A stretch of DNA of 64,000 nucleotides from Ignavibacteriota bacterium (GTDB lineage Bacteria; Bacteroidota; Ignavibacteria; UBA10030). Positions 9,722 to 20,044 of this stretch are shown piece by piece. Where the stretch lies: the NCBI GenBank assembly GCA_963727825.1, contig CAVSHO010000011.1:395282-459281 (forward strand). The letters are read 5' to 3'. The first letter of the stretch is position 1. Each line of letters opens with the position of its first letter. A program made the position numbers and the translations under genes. Below the pieces are notes generated by a model. It was not told where the DNA came from. It searched no databases and saw only the letters and a program-made list of their open reading frames with translations.

Positions 9722-11137
9722 ATGTCACATAAGCGACGACAAGATCTATTAATTCCACTTCTCACCGTCATCTCAGATGCAGTTGCTATAGAAGCGTCGT
9801 TTCTTTTCTCGTACTGGCTCAGATTCTTTTCTATACTCACGCGATACATTCCAATATCGTACGGCCTTCCACCATTAGAAGCATATATTGAAAGTTCCCT
9901 TGTTGTTATTCCGGTATGGTGCTGGTTATTTCATACACGTAATTTGTATCTTCCACGGCGAATTACATCCTTCTCTGACGAATTTTTTGCAATTGTCCGT
10001 GTCGTTATACTCGGCATGTTAGTTGTAATGGCAGGCGCTTTTTTCTACCGCACATTTTCTTATTCGCGCATCGTATTCTGGATCCTCGGTATTTCTGCAG
10101 TGACGTTCATCTCAATCGGACGATTTATTATTTTGAAGTTTGAACAACTTTGGTATGCGCATGGCAAAGACCTGAGACGAGTGATAATTGTGGGAACAAA
10201 CCCTGTCGTAAGTAAAATCTTTCGATCCCTTACCACACGGCAATCACTTGGATACGAAGCTCTCGGCTATTGTTCTGCGGAGGGCAACATGGAAAACACA
10301 TTGCAAGATATTCCGTACTTGGGATCAATCGCTTCTGTACCAGATTTAATCAAAACACATAACGTAGATGTTATATTGATTGCATTTAGCGAAACAGAGC
10401 ATTCACTTCTACACGATCTCGTACGCGACTGCCAAGGATTAAATGTAGAAATGATGATGGTTCCGGACATCCTTGAGTTAATGACCAGTCAAGTTCAAAT
10501 CAAGCATATTGAAGGAATTCCATTCCTCGGCATTAAAAGTCCTACTCTCAGCACATGGAATCTTATCGTCAAGCGAACATTCGACCTACTTTTCGCCTCA
10601 CTTATCCTCTTGCTCGCAAGTCCAATTATTCTCTTGATTGCAATTCTCATCAAGCTTGACTCTAAGGAGCCGATCTTTTATTTACAGGAACGTGTAGGTT
10701 TGGATGGCGAAGTATTTAAAGTCATTAAGTTCAGATCGATGCGCACTGATGCAGAGCAAGCGACCGGACCGGTCTGGTCGCGAAAAGATGATCCGAGAAC
10801 AACGCGGTTGGGTCGATTTCTTCGCCGCTTCAGTTTAGATGAACTTCCTCAGTTGATTAATGTTCTCAAAGGCGACATGAGCGTTGTTGGTCCACGTCCG
10901 GAGCGTCCGTACTTTGTCGAGAAATTCAAAAATCAGGTGCCGCGATACCTGGAACGGCATCGCGCAAAAACCGGTATGACAGGTTGGGCACAAGTCAACG
11001 GACTGCGAGGTAATGTTTCCATTGCTGAACGAACAAAGTACGACATTTATTACATCGAACATTGGTCGCTCGTATTTGATCTGAAAATTATTCTCAAGAC
11101 TATTCACGCCGTATTTTTTGGCAATGATGCATACTAA
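9722..11137 (+). CDS. Undecaprenyl-phosphate glucose phosphotransferase (WcaJ/WbaP family)
   Basis: N-terminal TM helices; KRTFD, KFRSM, DDPRTT, SLDELPQL, VGPRPERP, GMTGWAQVNG. Confidence 0.93.
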   Translation: MSHKRRQDLLIPLLTVISDAVAIEASFLFSYWLRFFSILTRYIPISYGLPPLEAYIESSLVVIPVWCWLFHTRNLYLPRRITSFSDEFFAIVRVVILGMLVVMAGAFFYRTFSYSRIVFWILGISAVTFISIGRFIILKFEQLWYAHGKDLRRVIIVGTNPVVSKIFRSLTTRQSLGYEALGYCSAEGNMENTLQDIPYLGSIASVPDLIKTHNVDVILIAFSETEHSLLHDLVRDCQGLNVEMMMVPDILELMTSQVQIKHIEGIPFLGIKSPTLSTWNLIVKRTFDLLFASLILLLASPIILLIAILIKLDSKEPIFYLQERVGLDGEVFKVIKFRSMRTDAEQATGPVWSRKDDPRTTRLGRFLRRFSLDELPQLINVLKGDMSVVGPRPERPYFVEKFKNQVPRYLERHRAKTGMTGWAQVNGLRGNVSIAERTKYDIYYIEHWSLVFDLKIILKTIHAVFFGNDAY

Positions 11138-11256
11138 ATAAATTATCAATGCAAAAGGAATATAATTAACAAGTACAAATACGTTTTAACGTGTTTTCTT
11201 TTTCATTTTTACTTTTATTTTTTTTACTTGTGACTTCTAACTTTTGACATAATTCT

Positions 11257-11628
11257 ATGGTTGCTGCATATATTTTCTTTTTACATATTGTACTTGTAGT
11301 TTTTGTTTTTATTAAATATAGAAAAGAAAGCATTGGTGAAGGGTTTCTTGCAGTAGCATTCGTCGGTATTATTTTTGCTGTCGGCTGGACAATTGGCTCA
11401 ATACTAACAGACCTCCTCTTCGCTCCTGAATGGTTTATTAAATGGTATTGGCAACCGCTGGATTCTTGGGTGTGGCAGCGTATCAGAAAAGAAATCAGCC
11501 GTGATACGATTTCTCTTTTAATTCTTACAACCCTTGAAATTATATTTTACTACTTCTACATTCTGACGGAACCGAAGAAGGATAACGAAAAGAAAAAAGA
11601 GACAGATCCTCCAACTACTTCAACTTAA
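11257..11628 (+). CDS. Hypothetical membrane protein
   Basis: 123-aa ORF, three hydrophobic segments, charged tail. Confidence 0.7.
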   Translation: MVAAYIFFLHIVLVVFVFIKYRKESIGEGFLAVAFVGIIFAVGWTIGSILTDLLFAPEWFIKWYWQPLDSWVWQRIRKEISRDTISLLILTTLEIIFYYFYILTEPKKDNEKKKETDPPTTST

Positions 11629-12574
11629 AAGAAAATGTGATGATACAGGATTGTTCAATTTGCGGCAGAGACGATCCAAGCGGTTCAAACTTCCAGAAAC
11701 GAATTGCTTTCATCGCGGCTTCTTCTAAAAGATGATTCGCCTTTTGTTCCGGTTGAACAGAACGTACAGTTCCATCAGGTAAAACAATCGTAAGAATTCG
11801 AACTTGCGCTGAAACATTCGCCCCTTGTGGATATTTCGGTAATTCTCCGCTAAGCTTATGGCGCGTCATTCCATGAAGCCATTTCATAGAAAATGCTCCG
11901 GTTCCTTCTCCATCACCGTTTTCGCCTGATCCTAAACCATAAGCCGTTGTTCCAGCAGATGGTTTAGAAGAACTTCCGATTCCTGAACGATCAACTCCAC
12001 TTGGCGGCTCACCGCTTTTTCCTGGCACAGGGCGTCCGCCTTTTCGCCACGGCTCACGCGATTCTCCGCTGCCCCCTGCAATATCATTATGATCAGCCGG
12101 AGCGCTCATATTGCCCATATCGTTCGGATAAGTCGACCTGTCATCCGCTTGAATTTTATCTACTCCAATCTGTCCAGGCAAAGAGCTTAAACCTTCGCCA
12201 AGCCGCCGTTCTCCCGGAATACCTTGTTTTCTAGAATTTGATTTACTCCGAAAAGCTGTTGCCGGGAATGATTCATTAGGCAAAACGGCTTCCGAAGAGA
12301 TGGATTGATCTTGAAGAACAGGATATGCCGACATGCCAATTTCTACATTGCTAAATGAACGTGGAAGTTCAATTTCTGAATACTTGAAAATACGGACAAC
12401 ATGCTGCGGTGGGGGATTGAAAGTTTCTGGATCTACTATTAGCCGAAGAGAACTAAGAATAGTAAATGTAAATACGACGGCAAGAATAAATGCAAGCGAC
12501 ATTTGTTTTACATAAGCTCGCTGCAATTCTTTTGCACCGTACGGGACTCTTCCCAAATGCGGCGATACATTCAC
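11615..12574 (-). CDS. Energy transducer TonB family protein
   Basis: YGAKELQRAY plus a TM helix, Gly/Ser/Pro-rich linker, C-terminal LPKYP...V-PDGTV...AAMKAIRFWKFEP...ITFSFKLK. Confidence 0.85.
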   Translation of the reverse strand: MNVSPHLGRVPYGAKELQRAYVKQMSLAFILAVVFTFTILSSLRLIVDPETFNPPPQHVVRIFKYSEIELPRSFSNVEIGMSAYPVLQDQSISSEAVLPNESFPATAFRSKSNSRKQGIPGERRLGEGLSSLPGQIGVDKIQADDRSTYPNDMGNMSAPADHNDIAGGSGESREPWRKGGRPVPGKSGEPPSGVDRSGIGSSSKPSAGTTAYGLGSGENGDGEGTGAFSMKWLHGMTRHKLSGELPKYPQGANVSAQVRILTIVLPDGTVRSVQPEQKANHLLEEAAMKAIRFWKFEPLGSSLPQIEQSCIITFSFKLK

Positions 12575-12704
12575 ATCTGCTCCTTTACGCCGCGCTTCAC
12601 ACTCATAACCGGCATTACCTGATTTGCCTCATACTCTCGTTCATTCATCCAGATAACCGTTCCTCGGTAATGTAAAATTGGACGAGAGGAATCTCCAAAA
12701 ACAT

Positions 12705-13436
12705 TTACTTCGATCGAACCTTGTCGATAACGTAATGCGCCTGCAATTGCTCTGCGAACGACTGCACCGCTTTTTTCGCTTCATCACGAGATGCATAGTG
12801 TCCGATGCGAACAGTGTACCAATCGCCGCCCTTCATCGGAATCTTTTGAACGAACGAAGGATATCCGGAAAACTCTAAATTCTTTGCTGTCTCTTCTGCC
12901 CTACTCTTTTCGCGATAAGCGATAACCTGAACTGTAAATTCACCTTTCATCTCGCTGAGTTTAGAAGTGGATTCGGTCTCTACTACTGCTTCGTTCTTTT
13001 TTATTGATTTTGTTTTTTTCTCAGTCGGTTCTTTTGCCTTTGCCTCTGGCGTCTTTACAGCTTCGGGTTCCTTTACACTTTCAGATTGCTTCCCAGCTTC
13101 TGCTTTTTCTTCTACGGAAGTTGTATCTAGCAATGCAACTTCGTTCGTATCTGCTTGTTTTTGTGCCTGTGCAGATTGAGCTGGGGCTTCCGGTGGGAAT
13201 TGTTCTTCTTGAACTTGCGCAATCTGATGATGCTTCTTGCCCCAAAGCTTAATAATCCCACGCTGGTTCAAATAATACACAGCTGCTCCCGCTATACATA
13301 AAACAAGCACTAAGATTACAATTGTTTTTCCACCTCCGCCACCGCTGCTTTTTACAATCTTTTTTGTTGGTGGGGCAACCGGCGCCTCTGGTACTTCTTC
13401 AAGCTCGCCTTCATCAATGAGATTCAAATCTGGCAT
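12705..13436 (-). CDS. SPOR-domain membrane protein
   Basis: Single TM helix, low-complexity linker, FTVQVIAY...WYTVRIGHYASRDEA. Confidence 0.88.
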   Translation of the reverse strand: MPDLNLIDEGELEEVPEAPVAPPTKKIVKSSGGGGGKTIVILVLVLCIAGAAVYYLNQRGIIKLWGKKHHQIAQVQEEQFPPEAPAQSAQAQKQADTNEVALLDTTSVEEKAEAGKQSESVKEPEAVKTPEAKAKEPTEKKTKSIKKNEAVVETESTSKLSEMKGEFTVQVIAYREKSRAEETAKNLEFSGYPSFVQKIPMKGGDWYTVRIGHYASRDEAKKAVQSFAEQLQAHYVIDKVRSK

Positions 13437-13490
13437 TGAATAATCCTCCTTGTATGTTTAGTATGTGCTATATTCACGAACATTTATTCT

Positions 13491-15203
13491 TCACCATTTT
13501 ATTTGTGCATCTACTTGCAGTGTCAATGGAAATTCTTTGTATCCACGCCATATTTCATACTGTGAATCTGTTAAATTTTTGACACCAACTGCAAGTCTTA
13601 AAAAATCAAACGGCGTATATTCACCGCTCACATCAATGACAGCATAATTTGAGATTGAAAGCGAATCTGTACCGGCAACATCAGTTGTTCGCTTTCCAAC
13701 AAACCTTACATCTGCACTTACTGCCATCGACGGTCCAAATCTATGAATTGCTGTACACCATGCTTCGATCGTCGGTGCGTAAGGAATTTTCGCGCCAAAA
13801 AAAGAATCGTTTGTAGAACGAAGCAAAATATTAGAAGCAAAATAATCATTTGAGTTCAACTTTGCAACCATTTCCGCACAGAATGTTACGATTCTTGCCT
13901 GTCCTCCGTACGCAAGCATCCAGACACCTTGGCGGGAAGAATCGGAAAACATCGGTAAATCGCTGGTAGATTTCACATTTAGTGATACACGGCTCCTTAT
14001 TGCCTCTGTCCAATTGGATTCTATGCCAAGCTCGCCTGCATCTCTAACATATTCATGTTTAACTATTGAAGCGGTAGATAGAAACCGATTCGCGATACTG
14101 TTTGATGCCAAAGTCATAGGAATAAATATTGGTTCATAAGATAAATATACACGATGCTGAGACGTAACTTGATAGCTTGCCATTAACTGCGGACACAGAC
14201 GTACTAAATTCTGCCCTGCCATTCCTTTTGCCCAATATAAATGTAACGATCCTTCAAAAAGGATACCGCTATACCAATAGTTTTGCACACCAGCTGACAG
14301 ATCCATAAACCTCAATCCGCCTGTGGCTGACATAAAATGGAGCTTTGTTTGAACAGGAAGAGATGCAATCGGGAATGAGGTCTGGTAATTCAAATCGAAT
14401 CGAGTTTCTGTTGTCGATGCGGATGAATCCGATATAGAAAAACTTTCTAAAGAAATTCCGGCTGAATAAGGAAGATAATTTAATGTCTGATTCTCTAACT
14501 CGGTCTGCAAATGGGAATCCGAAAGCGTGCGTTGAAGATCCGGTGTCGCAGATCCATAAAAACGAAATGATTCACTTCGATAACCTAAACTGCCATCTAA
14601 CGCTGCATTCCGAAGTAGCGGCGTACTGGATGTAAGCGTTGTTCCTCCCAATGCCATTAAACCACCGCTGGATTGATCTGTATTCGATGCGTAACCCTTA
14701 GTAAGAAAATAATTACCAGCTAGAGAATAAAAATATTCGGGGAATGATTGCCCAAATTGAAGTTCCGCTTGCGGCGTGAAGTACGTGCCAATACCAGCTT
14801 TTGCAAATCCCGAATACTTATTTGTTTGTGTCTGCGAATCTCCTTCCCTGTTCTTCATCTCAAGTTCCAGCGTTTCACGATCTCGCAAAATATTTTCAGA
14901 AGATTTCAACATTTGCTGCGATACAATGGCAGAATCATCAATTATAACTTTTTCTAATTTCGGCAAATCGATTGATGCAACACCGGTAATGACAAATTCG
15001 GGCAAATCAATTTTGGGAAGAAGCCGCTGTGCAGTATTTATCGGCACCTTGTTCGTATCCTGTTGCGGCGCACTGATTCCCATCTGTTGCATAACCGGAT
15101 TTTTCTTCGCGGGATCTATCGGTTCTTCTTGTGCAACTAAAGCCGAAGTCTGCACGATAAGCAGAAGAATCGCCAAATCCCGTAAACGAGACACTACGCG
15201 CAC
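13491..15203 (-). CDS. Outer-membrane beta-barrel, TonB-dependent-receptor-like
   Basis: Signal peptide, LPEFVITG, C-terminal VKNLTDSQYEIWRGY and terminal W. Confidence 0.75.
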   Translation of the reverse strand: MRVVSRLRDLAILLLIVQTSALVAQEEPIDPAKKNPVMQQMGISAPQQDTNKVPINTAQRLLPKIDLPEFVITGVASIDLPKLEKVIIDDSAIVSQQMLKSSENILRDRETLELEMKNREGDSQTQTNKYSGFAKAGIGTYFTPQAELQFGQSFPEYFYSLAGNYFLTKGYASNTDQSSGGLMALGGTTLTSSTPLLRNAALDGSLGYRSESFRFYGSATPDLQRTLSDSHLQTELENQTLNYLPYSAGISLESFSISDSSASTTETRFDLNYQTSFPIASLPVQTKLHFMSATGGLRFMDLSAGVQNYWYSGILFEGSLHLYWAKGMAGQNLVRLCPQLMASYQVTSQHRVYLSYEPIFIPMTLASNSIANRFLSTASIVKHEYVRDAGELGIESNWTEAIRSRVSLNVKSTSDLPMFSDSSRQGVWMLAYGGQARIVTFCAEMVAKLNSNDYFASNILLRSTNDSFFGAKIPYAPTIEAWCTAIHRFGPSMAVSADVRFVGKRTTDVAGTDSLSISNYAVIDVSGEYTPFDFLRLAVGVKNLTDSQYEIWRGYKEFPLTLQVDAQIKW

Positions 15204-18200
15204 TACTGCTGCTCCATTCTTTTAAACGACGTTGAGCTTCTTCGATTACCGAGGTGTCCGTCTTTAGTTTCAGAACCGCCAGATAAGATTCGCGCGCATG
15301 GCGCACGTCCTTTGTTTGTTCGTAGGCATCACCCAAACCAAGATATGCCCTTCCGACCCACCGCTCGTACGACGGAAATACATATTTCACTCGAAGCAGA
15401 GCAGTGATCACATTGGCCCAATCTTTCTTCCCCGCAAGCGATGCACCTACAATGTATTGCGCTTCTGCGCCTATTTCATCTTTTCGCGACGTTGCAACCT
15501 TTTCGGCAGTAACGTTTGCCCGATCGTATTCCTTCAATTCAAAATACATCCGGGCTTGCGCTATCCGCGCTTCGTCTGCAATAGGCAAGTCGCCATAATC
15601 TTTCGATACCTGTTCGAATTGTATGTTCGCTTCTGCATTTTTTCCAAGCGATCGTAATACATCGCCTGTACGCAATTTTGCTTCGGCAATAATCTCTGGA
15701 TCTTTTACTTTCTGTTGAAGATTCTGCAAAGTGAGAATTGCTTTATCAGAATTTTGTTGAAGGTTGTAAATCTCCGCCGCTTCCAATAAAGATTCGCCAA
15801 TTACTTTTTCTGTTGCATTTGGCACATTAGCGGCTCGCTCAAATGCTAATGCTGCTTCATCGGGACTCCCTTGCACACGGTAACACATCGCTAAAGCATA
15901 CCGTGCGTTTGCAAGAAGTTTTGAGTTTGGATACTTATCAGCAAACCCTCGGTAGACAGCCACAGCATCTGAATATTTTTTCTGATTGAAAAGGAGATCG
16001 CCCTTCTTTAGCAGAAGTTCTTCGCCAACCGGTGAAGTCGGGTTTTCTTTTACAAACTCATCTAAAACTTCGACTGCTTCGTTTTCTTTCCCTAATGCTA
16101 TTAAGCAATACTGAATTCCGGTGACGGCATCTGCAACATAGGAGCTTTTAGGAAACTGTCTTAGTACTTCACGGTAAGATTTTTCTGACGCTTCATACTG
16201 CTGAATATTGTAGTAACTATCGCCAAGACTGTAATACGCTCGCGCTGCAAGTTTACTATTAGGATAAGTTTTTATCAGCTTATTGAATTCCTTAATAGCT
16301 TCGCCGTATTCTTTCCGCTGAAAGTTGATCCATCCTAACGCAAACTGCGCTTCAACGGCAAGCGCCGATTGTGGTAATGCTTTTACTAATCCATCAAGAG
16401 CTTTGAATGCCTCGGTGTTGTCGCCGTCCTTTAGATAACACTGGCCCATCTGATAATATGCATAATCGATGGAAGCGCTGTCTGGATACATCCGGATGAT
16501 TGTGTGAAAAATGCCGGCAGCTTTTTTATAGTCTTTCTGAAAGAAATTAGCATCGCCAAGACGCAAGCGTGCGTCAAATGCAAATTTGCCTCTCGGATAT
16601 TCCACCAACAGCTTTTCAAATGATTCGATTGCCTCTGGAAATTTTCCCTGCTTGTAAAATGCCCAGGCAATTCCATATAAAGCTTCTTCTTTCTTCACCA
16701 ATCCCGAACTCTTCGCGGATTCCTGATAGAGCTGTGTCGATGTATTATAGTTTCCAAGCCTGTACTCTGCTTCCGCTTGATAGAATTTTGCCTCATCTGC
16801 TTTCGGATGTTTTGGATATTGCGAAATAAACTCTGCAAACTTTGCCGAAGCGTCTTTAAAATCTTTCAGCTTAAATGCACAAAACGCTGATTGGAAACTT
16901 GCTTCAACTTTTACTTCGAATGATGCCTCCGGAATCTCCAGAACTTTCTTGAACCATATCTGCGCTTCTTTGAAGTTTCCTTCGATCAATAAACAATCGC
17001 CTAACATTTTATATGCGTCCGGCAGAATATCGCTTTTCGGAAATTCGGTGGCTACATGATGAAAGTACGGCTTCGCACCGCTTGCATTCGTTTCATCAAA
17101 GAAAATACTGCCGGCATCGAACAGCGCATTGTCCGACCACTCGCCCTGCGGTTCGCGTTTGACAACCTCGTCAAATGTTTTTAGCGCTTTCACATTTTGC
17201 CCGGCAAGACGCTCCGCAGTTCCGCGCCGATATAAAGCTGCATATCCGAGTTCATCAGATCGATTTGCCAGCGTATCAAAGACCTGAATCGCCCTTGAAT
17301 AATTCTTCTGATTGAACAAACTCCATGCAAGATTATATGTTACTTCGGGCGCAAGTGTGTTTTTCGGATAATCGAGTAGAAATTTCTCATATTGTTTTTG
17401 CGCTTCTGCGAAATTACCAAGTTTGTAAAATGCCTCGGCAATTAAATAATCGGCGTTTGCCAATTCTTCTTCATCACGAATCTCTGTGCGGGATTTTGTA
17501 AGCGCATCGATAGCCCGCTGATAGTCTTTCGCATAATAGAAACATTCGCCAATGCGAACGCGCGCACCCGGTGTTAAACTGCTTTGCGGGAATTCAGCTA
17601 TTAGTTTGCCGTACTGCTCGGCGGCTTTTGCATATTCGGCTCGCTTTTGAAGTGTCCACGCAACGGAATATAAGGCGTAGTCGCGCAGGCGATTCCTTGG
17701 AAAATTCTCGTACGCAAGCGTGTAATATTTAAGCGCGTTTTGGGTATCGTCATTTCGCAAAGACGCTTCACCGATCCAATATGCTGCTTCGCCGGCAGAT
17801 TCACTTTCGCCGTAATTGTCCAATACTTTTTTAAATGCGGAAATTGCTTCGCCGTTCTTTTTTAGATTGATAAATGACTGGCCAAGTTTTAGATAAGCTT
17901 CCGGCACATATTTGGAGCTTGGATTATTTTGGACGAATTCATTGTACTTCGTGGCGGCGTTTTGATATTGCGCCGTCTGAAATAAACACTCCGCGCCGAA
18001 GAATTCTGCATCCTGTCGTTTGATGCTCTTTGGATATTTTTGAACGAAAGTTTCAAATTGTTGACCGGCAAGCTGGAAGAGACTGTCGCTGTAAAGTCCG
18101 AAAGCAAATGCAAAGTCCTGCTCTTCCACTATAGAAGGAGGCGATACAGGTGAAATTTCTTGTGCAGATACTGATAAAAGGAATCCGGATGCTGTTAATA

Positions 18201-18306
18201 AGAAAAAGAATAGAAATGTAAGACAGTTCAGATTACTGCCACGCTTTATTTTGTGGTCAGAATAATTATAGAGAGTTATCAATGCGGATTTAAAGTATTG
18301 TTTCAA
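15007..18306 (-). CDS. Large tetratricopeptide-repeat periplasmic protein (CpoB/BamD-like repeats); true end probably 15203
   Basis: Many F----YP-S----A-Y--G repeats. One extra A in the run near 15221 would give LKRMEQQ* with TAG overlapping the next gene's GTG; start position uncertain. Confidence 0.9.
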   Translation of the reverse strand: MKQYFKSALITLYNYSDHKIKRGSNLNCLTFLFFFLLTASGFLLSVSAQEISPVSPPSIVEEQDFAFAFGLYSDSLFQLAGQQFETFVQKYPKSIKRQDAEFFGAECLFQTAQYQNAATKYNEFVQNNPSSKYVPEAYLKLGQSFINLKKNGEAISAFKKVLDNYGESESAGEAAYWIGEASLRNDDTQNALKYYTLAYENFPRNRLRDYALYSVAWTLQKRAEYAKAAEQYGKLIAEFPQSSLTPGARVRIGECFYYAKDYQRAIDALTKSRTEIRDEEELANADYLIAEAFYKLGNFAEAQKQYEKFLLDYPKNTLAPEVTYNLAWSLFNQKNYSRAIQVFDTLANRSDELGYAALYRRGTAERLAGQNVKALKTFDEVVKREPQGEWSDNALFDAGSIFFDETNASGAKPYFHHVATEFPKSDILPDAYKMLGDCLLIEGNFKEAQIWFKKVLEIPEASFEVKVEASFQSAFCAFKLKDFKDASAKFAEFISQYPKHPKADEAKFYQAEAEYRLGNYNTSTQLYQESAKSSGLVKKEEALYGIAWAFYKQGKFPEAIESFEKLLVEYPRGKFAFDARLRLGDANFFQKDYKKAAGIFHTIIRMYPDSASIDYAYYQMGQCYLKDGDNTEAFKALDGLVKALPQSALAVEAQFALGWINFQRKEYGEAIKEFNKLIKTYPNSKLAARAYYSLGDSYYNIQQYEASEKSYREVLRQFPKSSYVADAVTGIQYCLIALGKENEAVEVLDEFVKENPTSPVGEELLLKKGDLLFNQKKYSDAVAVYRGFADKYPNSKLLANARYALAMCYRVQGSPDEAALAFERAANVPNATEKVIGESLLEAAEIYNLQQNSDKAILTLQNLQQKVKDPEIIAEAKLRTGDVLRSLGKNAEANIQFEQVSKDYGDLPIADEARIAQARMYFELKEYDRANVTAEKVATSRKDEIGAEAQYIVGASLAGKKDWANVITALLRVKYVFPSYERWVGRAYLGLGDAYEQTKDVRHARESYLAVLKLKTDTSVIEEAQRRLKEWSSSSARSVSFTGFGDSSAYRADFGFSCTRRTDRSREEKSGYATDGNQCAATGYEQGADKYCTAASSQN

Positions 18307-18479
18307 GTGTTACCGCTAATGGTATAATGTAACAGAAAGCCGATTGGAAAGCAAGAACAACCCGACGGGAACTGTTTACGCCTGTACCAACCGGAATTCC
18401 GGGGTTATTAAATGAAGTGCTAATTGGGATGTTAGAAGCGGTTCAGCGACGGTTGAGAGCGTTGATTTGTGTCTCTAAC

Positions 18480-18875
18480 TTACTTATGAGTTCCAACGTT
18501 TTTAATCGGAGTTGCACAATACTTAGAAATGTCAGATAGCCAATAACCCGGATCACTTTGCCAGGGTTTGAGTTTCATCGCAAGTATTATTCGTTCTACT
18601 GCCAGGGCTTTACTTTTCTCTTCCAGGATAAGACTTTCCACGGCAAAGATTTTTCTTTTAACCGCCAGATCTTTACTTTTCTTTCCCAGGGTTGGACTTT
18701 CCGCGGCAAGAGCTGTTCTTTTCTCTGCCAGAGTTCGCCTTTTTTCCAATAGGATTAGACTTGCCGTGGCCATTGCCATTCTTCTCACTGACAGAGATTC
18801 ACTTTTCTCCACCTGAGCCTTTTTTTCCGGGAGTTGTTCAAGAGGTTGTATTATAGGTGCAGAAATAGAACGCAC
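18480..18875 (-). CDS. Heptad-repeat (coiled-coil) hypothetical protein or gene remnant
   Basis: 21-bp periodic repeats (LAEKRTA LAAESPT LGKKSKD LAVKRKI FAVESLI LEEKSKA LAVERII); GTG start lies inside a duplicated leader. Confidence 0.4.
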   Translation of the reverse strand: MRSISAPIIQPLEQLPEKKAQVEKSESLSVRRMAMATASLILLEKRRTLAEKRTALAAESPTLGKKSKDLAVKRKIFAVESLILEEKSKALAVERIILAMKLKPWQSDPGYWLSDISKYCATPIKNVGTHK

Positions 18876-19007
18876 AGGCGATGCTTTCTATTAGAAAAAA
18901 CAATTAATGGGGTTTTGATTAGAACAAAGATGAAAAATCAGTACGAAAAGCGCAATCACGCAAACGCGTGTTTTTTAAAATATGTAAAGATTACAAGTGA
19001 AAGGCTG
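18864..19007. repeat. Duplicated ~140-bp upstream/leader region, copy 1
   Basis: Aligns with 19691-19831 (aatagaaYgcacaggYgatgctttctatta ... gcaatcacgcaaaYgcgtgttttt ... aaatatgtaaagatta). Confidence 0.85.
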
Positions 19008-19087
19008 TGGAAATGGATTACAGAAGGAGGCGTTTGTTTTTGAGAATTTGGGAACGAGATGATTGAATATTTTGATGAAAATATATT

Positions 19088-19591
19088 CTAATTATAATTG
19101 ACCGTTACACTTAAACCGGAAGTATTTTTGTAAGTATCGGCTGCTGTAGATGCAGGTATATTCAATGTAGCGCCAATATTTACTGTCTGAGTGCCTGCAC
19201 TCAACTTACCTGTCGAAGCAGGATTACTAACAAATGCACCTACTGTCACACCATTAGTAGTACCATTAAGTACTATAGGTGAACTTGGTAACGATATAGT
19301 ATACGTGTAACTTCCTGAGCCTGTAACAGCAAAAGAAGCGGCTGTAACCGTTCCTGCGGAAGCAGGAAGTGTTACACCACCATTGGGTGTGCGTGTACCA
19401 TCAGTACTTAGAACGACTGTGCCTGATGCTGTTGTTGCAGCTATATTGCCAAAAACCATATCAACTGATTTAGTGATGCCTATAGGTGTTACAATAGTAA
19501 CCGCTATGTTGGCTGTTGCAATTGCTTGAGCAAAAACATTTGCCGGGAATCCGATCAGTAAGAGAGCAAAATATTTAGTTATGCTTTTCAT
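19088..19591 (-). CDS. DUF4402-like secreted beta-sandwich (fimbrial-subunit-like) protein
   Basis: Signal peptide, PIGITKSVDMVFG, GTVVLSTDGTR, AASFAVTG, C-terminal VTVNYN. Confidence 0.8.
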   Translation of the reverse strand: MKSITKYFALLLIGFPANVFAQAIATANIAVTIVTPIGITKSVDMVFGNIAATTASGTVVLSTDGTRTPNGGVTLPASAGTVTAASFAVTGSGSYTYTISLPSSPIVLNGTTNGVTVGAFVSNPASTGKLSAGTQTVNIGATLNIPASTAADTYKNTSGLSVTVNYN

Positions 19592-19690
19592 TTCGCGAAC
19601 CCATATCATTTAAATTTTATTAGAAAAGCCCGACTAACGTGTCAGAGAAAAATCTTTTTATTCTCGTGGATTTGTTCTAATAAGTGTTGT

Positions 19691-19831
19691 AATAGAATGC
19701 ACAGGTGATGCTTTCTATTAAAAAAAATCGAATAGGGTTTTGACTAGTAGGAAGATACAAAATCGGTATGAAAAATGCAATCACGCAAATGCGTGTTTTT
19801 AAAAATATGTAAAGATTATAAGGAAAAGCTG
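19691..19831. repeat. Duplicated ~140-bp upstream/leader region, copy 2
   Basis: Aligns with 18864-19007. Confidence 0.85.
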
Positions 19832-20044
19832 AAAAAAGAGATCATCGGAGATAGTCTACCTTTTACTTCCTTGTTAGTTGTGATGGTCGTGTTTTTACTT
19901 CTCTCCAGTTAATGCCGGAAAGAATCATTCCCTTGTAGTATCGCTAAGTATGAACTCGTTGACTTTCAAACGGAGAGCTTTCTTTATTCTGTTTATGCAA
20001 CAACACATTTTTATGTGTGTCAAGTTAAGTTTCTTGATTCATAA

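Noticed and set aside
11140-11250. Low-complexity A-rich/T-rich short repeats
   Set aside because: Too degenerate to define a unit; probably a decayed simple repeat.
15007-15203. 197-bp overlap between the TPR gene and the barrel gene
   Set aside because: One missing A in a homopolymer restores a stop overlapping the next GTG; probably an artefact.
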